A stretch of DNA of 64,000 bases, taken from NCBI RefSeq assembly GCF_006345805.1, contig NC_042997.1, positions 102,734,001 through 102,798,000 on the forward strand. Reading direction: 5' to 3'. The position numbers and the translations under genes were made by a program. Shown piece after piece: positions 14,092 through 25,112 of the stretch. The notes under the pieces were generated by a model, which was given only the letters and a program-made list of their open reading frames with translations, did not search any database and was not told the origin of the DNA. This DNA comes from Octopus sinensis. Taxonomy: Eukaryota. Each line of letters starts with the position of its first letter. The stretch's first letter is position 1.

Positions 14092-14391
14092 ATGAATCAT
14101 AATCTGTTTGGCAGACATCCGTACGCATCAGCAAATAGTTTGTTTACAGATTTTTATATAATTAGGAATCCGTGTTCTTGTTAGATATATCGGTCAGACA
14201 GGGTACGTTTAACTGCCGAGACACACAATAAGGTCGAAATACCACGTTGTCGCAAAATCCCCTCGTGCCGATGAATCGCATGTTTTATGAAAAACAGATC
14301 GTCTAAAGAGAGGAAGTGTTTTATGACGGAAAACACCAGCGATTAGATATTCACGTTCAAATCTGCCAGGACGTTTTAAGAACGAACACAT

Positions 14392-14800
14392 AGGCGCAGG
14401 AGTGGCTGTGTGGTAAGTAGCTTGCTAACCAACCACATGGTTCCGGGTTCAGTCCCACTGCGTGGCATCTTGGGCAAGTGTCTTCTGCTATAGCCCCGGG
14501 CCGACTAATACCTTGTGAGTGGATTTGGTAGACGGAAACTGAAAGAAGCCTGTCGTATATATGTATATATATATATGTGTGTGTTTGTGTGTCTGTGTTT
14601 GACCCCCTAGCATCGCTTGACAACCGATGCTGGTGTGTTTACGTCCCCGTCAACTAGCAGTTCGGCAAAAAAGAGACCGATAGAATAAGTACTGGGCTTA
14701 CAAAGAATAAGTCCCGGGGTCGAGTTGCTCGATTAAAGGCGGTGCTCCAGCATTGCCGCAGTCAAATGACTGAAACAAGTAAAAGAGAGAGAAAGAGAAA
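14392..14800 (+). mobile_element. tRNA-derived SINE, near full length
   Basis: Head ggcgcaggagtggctgtgtggtaag...ggttcagtccc, body ttgggcaagtgtcttc, tail gctccagcattgccgcagtcaaatgactgaaacaagtaaaaga. Other copies at about 8040-8460 (-), 22350-22505, 44958-45320, 45505-45655, 50572-50705, 52710-52885, 62055-62400 (-) and 62410-62720. Confidence 0.85.
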
Positions 14801-14819
14801 GAGAATACGTTATTACATG

Positions 14820-15407
14820 TGTAGTGATCCTATACAACAGCGCGCGCGCGCAACGCCCTCTCGCGAATACACGAAGTCCGAAAGAGGGAATTTTGCTGAC
14901 GTGGCCTTAGCTGACGTGGCCTTAGCAAGGGAGCGCGAGCCTTAACAAAGAGGCAAGGGAGCGTGAGCCTTAACAAAGAGGCAAGGGAGCGTAAAGCGTT
15001 GACCATTAGCGTCCGACAGACAGCGGCAGGCATTTCACCAAAGCAGACGTTTAATTCGCTCTCTCTCCGGTTTTGATAGCAGCAGTCTTTTGGCCGAAGA
15101 CTTTTAACCTGAATTGTTGCAGACATCATCTTCTTCCTCCGGACGCCATTTTGACCCGTTCTGTTTTTGGCGGCTGAACATTGTAAATATTACAATCGAT
15201 TAACTTTCAGCCTTGCGCGCCCAGAACCAAGGACATCAGATATACCACTGATTTCTCACCGGTATAAAACAATAAAGTATATCTATTTTTTACGTCTGCG
15301 TTTTGTGTTTCTTTGACTGGTAGAGTCTGGATATAAAAGCAACGGAAAGTGATTGCACCAACTTGCACCCCAAAAGTGCAAGAGGAGATATTCACATATC
15401 CCTTACA
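14820..15407 (+). repeat. 5' LTR (588 bp)
   Basis: Differs from the 3' LTR by about 3 substitutions and 1 T indel. Contains tandem CTGACGTGGCCTTAG x2, a 28-bp duplication and AATAAA. Confidence 0.97.
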
Positions 15408-15408
15408 G

Positions 15409-15420
15409 TGGTGATCCCGA
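15409..15420 (+). promoter_or_regulatory. Primer-binding site, probably tRNA-Trp
   Basis: TGGTGATCCCGA starts one base after the LTR end. It matches 11/12 of TGGTGACCCCGA, the complement of the tRNA-Trp 3' end. Confidence 0.7.
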
Positions 15421-15840
15421 AGTTCCAGAGAACACTCACGAAAAGAAAAAAATCCAGTTTTTCTGCCAAGTCTGAAACACGACCAACCTGTTTTCCAGTC
15501 CCTTTCAACAGTTTGTTTCTTCATCTGCACTCACGCACGAAAAAAAAAAAAAAGAGAAGAAATTTTTTTTTCTCGATTAAAACGCGACGAAGGTTGGTAA
15601 AAACAAAAAAAAGAAAAGAATTTTTTTTTCTATTCTCTGTGCACACAGTACAAACAAAAAAAAACATTTTTTTTTGTAAATTGCACATTCAAAATTTATT
15701 GGTTCAATTGTTGGTCTTTCTTTCTTTCTTCCTTTCTTTTTTCCCTTTGTTTTTCCTTGTTGCGTCTGTTCAGCGTTGGTTCGTTGTCAGTTTTCTTTTT
15801 TCCATTTGACAGAGTCATCTAGTGAATAAAAGGCTACACA

Positions 15841-18800
15841 ATGTTTATGGGTTCGTTACCTACTTCTACAGGTGATGCCACACTGTGGTTTTCACAGTTA
15901 GAGGCACAATTTCGTGCACAAAGTATTACTCCCGAGCAGCAGTTGCAAATCCTTTATGGTTGCATGCCGCCGCAACTGGCATCTTCAGCAAGGGACCTTA
16001 TTACAGACCCTAGTCCAGGCGCTACTTATGCGTCTGTTAAATTAGAGGTTGAAAAAAGAAATACACGAAGCGAGGAAAGTCGTTTCAACGAGTTAATGGC
16101 AGATGAGCAACTAGGGGACAGAACTCCGTCAGAATTTTTACGAAGACTGAGGGAGTTAAGTTGGTAATGCATCAGATGCCCCCCTCCTTCGGAAGATTTT
16201 TTTTTCGAGGTTGCCCGCCTATATACAGACCGTTTTGGCAACCGGCTTAGAGACAAATACAGTGGACCAAATAGCAACGATGGCTGATAAGATGGTTGAA
16301 TTTGCCGTTCAACCATCGTCACGGTCTGCTTGTGCCTGTTCACAGACCTCTTTGGCCTCAATTGAGGGGCTTTCTAAACTAATAGAAACCCTCACTAAAG
16401 GATGGACGCGATGTGTCGCGATGGTAAGCGATCTTCAAAATCGCGAAGTCGCAGTCGTTCATCCTCGAGATCAAACAGTCTAAGTCTGGACTGTGTTGGT
16501 ACCACTCCAAGTATGGAGAGAATGCACATAGGTGCACACAGCCATGCACTTATAAGTCTTTAAACTAGATTCGGAGAATTTGAGCACGTCAACTTCCTCC
16601 ACAATATTTTCTGGTTATCGTGCATTCTTTGTTAAAGATCTAGTGTCGAAGAAAAACTTCATGGTAGACACTGGTTCTTGTTGCAGTATTTAGCCTCTGC
16701 GTTGCACAACCGACAGGCCAAAGCGGTCTAACGTCATCTTGCACGCTATTGACTCGTCACCAATAGCCACATTCGGTCAGATCTCGTTGCGCCTTGATAT
16801 TGGTCTTCGACGAGACTTTCAATGGGTTTTTGTCATTGCCGACATTCCGCATCCTATTTTAGGTGCGGATTTTCTGGATAAATTTGATTTGTTGGTAGAT
16901 GTCAGACGTCGGAGGTTGGTCGATAGTTCGACTACACTCTCCACGCCGACCGGAGAATCTACCAATTTAGCTCTTAGCCCGACGTTTTTTGTCGGTACAT
17001 CTGGAGATGTCTTTCACTCTCTTTTAGCTTCTTTTCCAGAGCTATATGATGTTACCTTTAGGGTGGCTAAGCCATTGCATTCGGCACGACACTTTATAAC
17101 AACAACTGGACCTCCTGTTTTTTCACGTCCAAGGCGTCTTGCACCTCATCGACTTAAAACTGCTAGGGCTGAGTTTGAGCATATGCTCCAGCTCGGTCTG
17201 ATACGCCCCTCCACCAGTCCATGGGTATCTCCCCTTCATTTAGTAAGAAAAGGGGATACAGATTTTCGCCCGATGGGAGATTATCGGCGTCTAAATGCGG
17301 TAACGATTCCGGACAAATATCCCATAAGGATTTTAAACGATTTTTCGGCAAATTTACATGGCTGTACTATTTTTTCAAAGGTTGACCTGATACGTGCCTA
17401 CCATCAAATACCGGTCAACTCAGACGATATTCCTAAAACAGCAATTACTACTCCTTTTGGCTGTTTCGAATTTTTATTTATGAGTTTTGGTTTGAGGAAT
17501 GCCACTAGTACTTTCCAACGGTTTATAGATGAAGTTGTTCGCGGACTGGATTTTGTGTTCGCGTATGTCGATGACATTCTAATCGCAAGTGATACGCATG
17601 AAAATCATCTCCTGCACTTGTCTCAGCTTTTTCAGCGTCTTCGCGACTAGGTGTTCGCATTAATCCAGACAAGTGTGTTTTTGGGCAACCATCTCTTAAT
17701 TTTCTCGGTCATTATATTGACTCGAGAGGAATCAAACCACTCTCATCCAAAGTCGATGCTATTCAGCGCATCGCACCACCTTCTTCTTTGCGTCAACTTC
17801 GCCATTTATTAGGCATAGTAAATTTCTATAGACGTTTCATAGATCGGTGTGCGGACAAGTTGTTACCTTTAACACAAATGCTAAAGGGCAATTCCAAGAA
17901 GGACGCCCGTCTTACTCTTTCGGCTGAAGCACTGTCTGCCTTTGAGTTGGTTAAAAAGGAACTGGCTTCAGTCCCTATTTTGGCACATCCGGCTCCTAAT
18001 GCTCCACTTACTTTATCTGTGGACGCATCAGAGTCTGCAATTGGCGCTGTTTTGCAGCACACCGTAGAGGGTGAAGTTAAACCTTTAGCTTTCTTTTCTT
18101 GTCAGCTAAAGCCAGCTGAACGCAGATATAGTACCTTTGATCGAGAGTTACTAGCGATCTATCTGTCAGTTCGGCATTTTCAACACCAGCTCGAGGGACG
18201 AGAGTTTGTGATTTATACTGATCACAAGCCCCTTACTTTTGCTTTATCTTCTAAAACGGATAAACTCTCTCCTCGTGCTTTCCGTCACCTGGACTATATT
18301 TCTCAATTTACAAGTGACATTAGGCATGTGCCAGGCAGTGAGAACGTCCCTGCAGATGCTCTCTCTAGACTCCCTGTCAATTCCATTTCCTCTCCTGCAG
18401 CAATTGATTTAACTGCTATTTCGCAGGATCAACCACCTTTAGAGGAGTTGGATTTAACTTCGCCTAAGTTTATTAACTGTAAGTTTAACTACCTTCCGCT
18501 CCCTACAGCGGAAGGCTCTATTCTTTGTGACGTTTCTACCGGTTCACCTAGACCATTAGTACCTGAGAAACATCAACGTTCTGTGTTTGATGCTCTTCAT
18601 TCACTGTCACATCCAGGTATCTCTGCCACAGTAAAGCTTGTTACTGCTCGGTTCTTCTGGCCCAATATGCGACGATCAATTACCTCTTGGGCACGCTCTT
18701 GTTTGAGGTGCCAGAGTGCTAAAGTCCATAGACACGTTCGTGCTCCACTTGGACAATTTTCCTCTCCTGAAGCCCGTTTTCGCCATATCCACCTTGATTG

Positions 18801-19771
18801 GTTGGACCATGGCCTGTGAGTCGCGGGTTCTCATACATTTTAACTTGTATTGATCGTTTTTCACGCTGGCCGGAAGCTATTCCTATAGCACAGACATGTC
18901 AGCTGAAACTGTTGCGAGGGCTTTCGTATCTAATGGGATTTCGAGGTATGGTGTACCGTACAGTTTAACCACAGATCGTGGTCGACAATTCGAGTCTGCA
19001 TTGTTTCGTGAGTTATCACGAATCCTGGGGATGCATCATATACGCACCACAAGTTACCACCCCGCTTCTAATGGGATGGTGGAGCGTTTCCATAGGCAAC
19101 TTAAGGCCGCTTTGCGTGCCTCGCCGAATCCACAGTCATAGACTGAATTTCTACCGATCGTCCTGCTTGGATGTCGGACTGCGATTAAAGCAGACCTTGG
19201 TTTTTCGTCTGCCGAGCTCTTGTATGGTACCACACTGGCATTGCCTGGTACGATGTTGGTGCCAGACAAGTCACAGTCTCTTAATTTAGAGTCTTATGTT
19301 GCTCGATTATGCAGATATTTTTCTGCCCTTCCTCCTATGGACCCTCGACACCAAAATCCTCCTTCTAGTGTGCCATCAGACCTTAATTCTTGGACGCATG
19401 TTTTTATTCGTGATGATTCTGTCAAAGGACCTCTTGTTTCTCCTTATAAAGGACCTTTTCGTGTGATTTCTCGCACGCCGAAGGTATTTAAACTTGAAAT
19501 TAACGGTCGTTCGGAGACCGTCTCCGTAGATCGTCTTAAAAGGGCATATTTTGAGATGTCCACATCTTTTAATGACCCCACTGCCACAACCATCGTTGAA
19601 CCTTCACATGCATCTTTGACAACACCACTATTTACACATGCACCATTATCAACACCAGCATCGACAACACCACCTTCGTCGTCGCAGCCTGCCTCGAACA
19701 GACCTTATGTTACGAGGTCAGGCAGAACTGTTCACTGGCCGAAAAAACTTTCCAAAACTATCTATATTTGA
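15841..19771 (+). pseudogene. Gypsy gag-pol, disrupted by stops and frameshifts
   Basis: gag LWFSQLEAQF/LGDRTPSEFL and knuckle CWYHSKYGENAHRCTQPC (about 16493). Protease MVDTGS (about 16661). RT YVDD. RNaseH VDAS...TDHKPL...ADALSR. Integrase HSLSHPG/C-xx-C, TDRGRQF, NGMVERFH and SPYKGPF. Confidence 0.93.
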
Positions 19772-19979
19772 CATTTTCAATTGACTTCCCAGTGACAGTT
19801 CAGTACTCATTGAACTTTGCTCATTTTGAGTATTTTTCTCTTTTTACCTTTAAGGTGAATTTTTTTTTTGCTGTTTAATGTATTATATTGTGTGCTATTT
19901 TGGTTATCTGGTGTCCACCTTGAGTTTTATGGTCACTACAAGGAATTGTTGTTCGTGCTTAGGCACTGGAGGGGAGCTT

Positions 19980-20568
19980 TGTAGTGATCCTATACAAAAG
20001 CGCGCGCGCGCAACGCCCTCTCGCGAATACACGAAGTCCGAAAGAGGGAATTTTGCTGACGTGGCCTTAGCTGACGTGGCCTTAGCAAGGGAGCGCGAGC
20101 CTTAACAAAGAGGCAAGGGAGCGTGAGCCTTAAAAAAGAGGCAAGGGAGCGTAAAGCGTTGACCATTAGCGTCCGACAGACAGCGGCAGGCATTTCACCA
20201 AAGCAGACGTTTAATTCGCTCTCTCTCCGGTTTTGATAGCAGCAGTCTTTTGGCCGAAGACTTTTAACCTGAATTGTTGCAGACATCATCTTCTTCCTCC
20301 GGACGCCATTTTGACCCGTTCTGTTTTTGGCGGCTGAACATTGTAAATATTACAATCGATTAACTTTCAGCCTTGCGCGCCCAGAACCAAGGACATCAGA
20401 TATACCACTGATTTCTCACCGGTATAAAACAATAAAGTATATCTATTTTTTTACGTCTGCGTTTTGTGTTTCTTTGACTGGTAGAGTCTGGATATAAAAG
20501 CAACGGAAAGTGATTGCACCAACTTGCACCCCAAAAGTGCAAGAGGAGATATTCACATATTCCTTACA
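19980..20568 (+). repeat. 3' LTR (589 bp)
   Basis: Near-identical copy of the 5' LTR, preceded by a polypurine tract. Confidence 0.97.
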
Positions 20569-21504
20569 CATGTAATTATTTGTTTATAGTTCAAATATAT
20601 TTTTCAGTTTTGTAGTTCAAGTATATATTTGGAATTTAGCTTTATTCATAAAAAAAATAAAGAATATAAATTACAAATCCAGATGACACAACAAAGGGAT
20701 CTTTGACTCAATGAGAAACCAGATACGTATGACAAGCAAATAACTTAGGACCAATACGAAATCGTATTTCTCATTAAACTTGGAAAACCCCAGAAGACTA
20801 TATGATAACAGTCTAATGTACTGATTTAAGATATATAAAAAAAATAGCAATAAAGATAATTCTGGGTCCTTTTGTATAACATGGCAGTTTGAACATGTGT
20901 CTTCTTTTGTAGTCTCGGATTGACCGTTGTATTGCGAGTGGAATTTGGTTGGCAGAAACTCTGTAGAAGTCCGTAGTGTACATACATACATACATACATG
21001 CATACATACATACATACATACATACATACATACATACATACATACGTACGTACATACAAAGATACATACATACGTACTACATACGTACGTACATACATAC
21101 ATACATGCATGCATACATACCTACATACATACATGCATACGTACGCGTGTGTATGTGTGTGTGTGTGTGTGTGTGTATGTGTGCGTGAATGCGTAAACCT
21201 TGCTTGAAACTAGTATTGTATTCCTTCATATCCCGTAACGTAGCGGGTTCGATAATGATAGAGAAGATCGATAAAATACATATCAGAGTATTTGATCGAT
21301 CATATCGATCAAATTGGGGTCGTTGTGATGGACTAGATCATTGAAGGCGGTGTCCTAGTGAAGGAATAAAAGAATATATCGATTTCTTGCATGGGCAAAA
21401 GGCCACGAATTTTGGACGAGGTGGTGGAGATGGTGGTGGTGAAAGATGCGTTGGAAGGAAAGAAGGAAGAAAGAAGGAAGGAAGGAAAGGAAGCAGGAAG
21501 AAAG

Positions 21505-21535
<31 letters not shown>

Positions 21536-22043
21536 GTATGGAGGGGATAAAGAAGAAGAGCAGCAGGAGATAAGGAGAGGAAGGAGGCAATAAGGAAGAG
21601 AAAGGGAGATGGAAGGGGAGGATTGGAGAAGGAGGAGGAAGACAAATATTGTCGGTTTTACTGAACCCAATATTTGAATGATACTTTATTAAAACAACTT
21701 CCGGAAGAATAAAAGCCAAAGGTGATCTTGATAGGATTCGAAATCATAACATGAAGAGTTGTAACGGTAAGTTTTCCAAAATATTTTGTTTGTCATTCTT
21801 GATGGATATACATTAAGTAGATGCGAGGGAAAACTTTAAAGATGCGTTTTCAATGTTTTATTCCATATGTCAAGTAATGTAGAGTGGAATGGTTTCGTAC
21901 GAAGCATATTTTCCATATGTTAGTATAACAACATGAAAAGAGTTGCGCCAAGTGAATAGCGAATTAAAAATTATCTAAAAACATAAGCCAAATAAAGATG
22001 GGGTTAAACATAAAAAAGATATTGAAATCTTAGGCAGTATTCT

Positions 22044-22130
<87 letters not shown>

Positions 22131-22533
22131 TCTTTAATTATATTTCATGACTAATTTATTTTTTCTACTCCAGGCACAAGGCCCGAAATTTTTGGGGAGC
22201 CAGTCGATTAAGTACCAGTTGCGTACTGGTACTTAATTTACCGACCCCGAAAGGATGAAAGGCAAAGTCGACCTTGGCGGGATTTGAATGACAGTAATTT
22301 ATTGGTAAAGATATGAATGCATCTGTATATGTGTGTGTGTATGTGTATGTGCGAGTGGCTGTGTGGTAAGTGGCTTGCTTATCAACCACATGGTTCCACG
22401 TTCAGTCCCACTGCGTGGTACTTTGGGCAAGTGTCTTCTACTATAGCCTCGGGCTGACCAAAGTCTTGTGAGTGGATTTGGTAGACGGAAACCGAAAGAA
22501 GTCTGTTGTGTATATATATATATATATATATAA

Positions 22534-22711
22534 TATGTGACAATTATTCGGTAGCCATGATAAAACTCCGATTTTCGGATGTCGGGGCGGAAACCCACGC
22601 CGGCAACTCTTCAGTTATCGGGCCCGATAACTGAAGAGTTGCCGGCGTGGGTTTCCGCCCCGACATCCGAAAATCGGAGTTTTATCATGGCTACCGAATA
22701 ATTGTCACATA
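22534..22711. repeat. Perfect 178-bp palindrome with no loop
   Basis: Centre GGG|CCC at 22622/22623. The identical ORF starts MGFRPDIRKSEFYHGYRIIVTYY on both strands confirm the symmetry. Confidence 0.97.
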
Positions 22712-22822
22712 CTATATTTACAGATTCCTCAATTTACATAATATCGAATTCCTTTCATTCTTTTGTTGTCTTGCCATTTCTATCAATATATACATAAAAA
22801 CACACACACATATGTATATGTA

Positions 22823-22863
<41 letters not shown>

Positions 22864-22924
22864 ATTCGCTAGCCTCTGCACGCATTTTTTTTCTCTCCTT
22901 CTTTCTGTGTTTCTTCTCTGTGTA

Positions 22925-22962
22925 TCTTTCTGTTGAAGAGCGTAGGCTCGAAACGTAAAAGA
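22925..22962 (+). ncRNA. Degenerate minimal hammerhead in a Penelope-type tail
   Basis: TCTTT CTGTTGA A GAGC-GTAG-GCTC GAAA CG TA AAAGA, with A6 replaced by U. Confidence 0.5.
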
Positions 22963-23058
22963 CTTGTTTTATTTATATTCCTGAGCGCCATACTAATACA
23001 ATTGTTTGTTTGTATTCCACCTTCCTTCGTCTTTTGTTTATTTTCATAAAGCTTCCCG

Positions 23059-23146
<88 letters not shown>

Positions 23147-23172
23147 GTATTATATATGTATATATATATATG

Positions 23173-23254
<82 letters not shown>

Positions 23255-23504
23255 GTGTCTGTGTTTGTCCCCAACCCCACCATCATCACTTGACAACCAA
23301 TGTTGGCGTATTTACCTTCCTGTAACTTAGCAGTTCGCAAAAGAAATCGATAAAATAAGTACTAGGCTTACAGAGAGTAAGTTCTGGGGTCGATATGTGT
23401 TTGTGTATATATATATATATATATATATTGTGTGTGTGTGTGCGTGTGTGTGTATGTGTGTGTGAGTGTGTGTGTGTGTGTGTGTATAGGCATATATGTA
23501 TATA

Positions 23505-24290
23505 CTAGCTGACGTACACGGTAATTCCCGGGAAAGCGGGATTTATCCCTGGGTTCCATTCTCATAATTGTTTCAGTAATCTAATAACAACAATACAAAG
23601 TATGTAGCCCTTAAATCGGTTGTTGTGCATTTACAGAGAGTACGGAACTATCCTACACAGGATCTTGTTTTTATGAATTCCTAATAAGTTATGTTTACCC
23701 AAATGGTGAAGTCAGTTATGTAATAACATGAAATTAGTTACCCGATAGTAAGAATTCAAATAAAGTATCCCCGAAAAGGGCTTTAATGCGTTTCCATATT
23801 ATATAGAATTAGGAGGAAATACTAACGAGGTATGTATACTAAAATCGTGAAGCATATTATGTAATAACAGTCTAATCAGATATGAGATAATAACAACTTA
23901 AAGTAAATAACTCTGAAAAGAGCTTTTGTGCGTTCCCAGAGAATATTACCCTCCGCGGCGCTAGTGTTGGTATATTCATGAATAAGTCACTAACCGAAAT
24001 AAGTGGATCTATTGTTTAGGAAAATACTATTTACTTGTTTAAGTACTGCTTAGTATTGTTTAGGAAAATACTATTTACTTGTACTGGATAAATTGCGAAA
24101 ATAACAGTTCAAATACTAAGAAATAAGCATACTCGGTTTCATTTTTGCCAAATAATTTAGTAACATGAATGGGTTATTTCCCTTAGCTATATATAAGGAT
24201 CCCTTCCAGGGGCGAATGGGTAATTTCCCTTGGTTTTGAAAATAAAATGTATTAGATATAAAGAAGGAACTCTCCAGGGGTTCTATTATC
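23505..24290 (-). mobile_element. Possible non-autonomous Helitron-like element
   Basis: ACTAGC end with an adjacent GC-rich segment, internal diverged repeats of about 140 bp, and a 29-bp duplication at 24010 and 24054. The other end is unclear. Confidence 0.35.
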
Positions 24291-24357
24291 GATTTTTTTC
24301 AACAGTCTAAGTATTGGCCGCAGTCAAATGACTGAAACAAGTAAAAGAGTAAAAGAG

Positions 24358-24423
<66 letters not shown>

Positions 24424-24831
24424 TATATATAAAGGGCAACAACCCTGAAACATGTCTGCAGATGTCTGACTAGCAAGGTGAAGCGGCTGACCTCCCCTGT
24501 TCGAAGGTTGTAATAGACGCAGGTTCGTGTGTCATATAGCTAGCTAGAGGCGATGGCCTCTTGGAGCTAATCAGCGACAGCTTTAGTCTTATATTTATAA
24601 GACTGCCATATTAGTATGGCGATAACTAATAATATATATATATATGTGTGTGTGGTGTGTGTGTGTGTGTATACATATGCACACATACACACATATAGAT
24701 TCCCATACTTGTCTAGGCTACTTTTCAATTTTTGTATTATTTTATATTATATTATATTATATTTTGCAATGTTGTAAAAATATTATATTTCACAAAATAT
24801 AATATGATATAAATTAATATAATATAATATA

Positions 24832-24869
<38 letters not shown>

Positions 24870-24872
<3 letters not shown>

Positions 24873-25112
24873 TTTACTGGTTTCAGTCCAGGGCTGAGTA
24901 ATGCTGGTGCACCACCTGTAGTAACTTGGTGTTGTTTGTGGTATTGTTTTGGGTGAAGTAGCGAGTTGGACGGAGCTGCTCTTCTTCGCGTCTCCTGCCG
25001 CGATGTAGGTTCATCTGGTATATCAGATAGAAACTTGTCCAGGCGTTCCTTGAAAACTTCCACATCAACACCGTAAGGTTGTCTGGCAGGATGTTGAACA
25101 ACTGTGGGCCCA
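24870..25112 (-). mobile_element. CR1-like LINE 3' fragment
   Basis: GPQLFNILPDNL and VFKERLDKFLSDIPDEP, with the same tail as 4089-4500. Confidence 0.8.

Larger units (their letters stand above)
14820..20568 (+). mobile_element. Full-length Ty3/Gypsy LTR retrotransposon
   Basis: LTRs at 14820-15407 and 19980-20568 (TGT...ACA). TSD CATG at 14816-14819 and 20569-20572. PBS TGGTGATCCCGA at 15409, PPT GGAGGGGAG at about 19968. Domain order gag-PR-RT-RNaseH-IN. Confidence 0.97.

Noticed and set aside
14392-14460. tRNA genes
   Set aside because: The A/B-box-like heads continue into SINE bodies and do not form full cloverleaves.
15363-15809. 148-aa ORF or env-like gene in the Gypsy leader
   Set aside because: It is a low-complexity poly-A/poly-T leader translation that starts inside the LTR and has no domain features.
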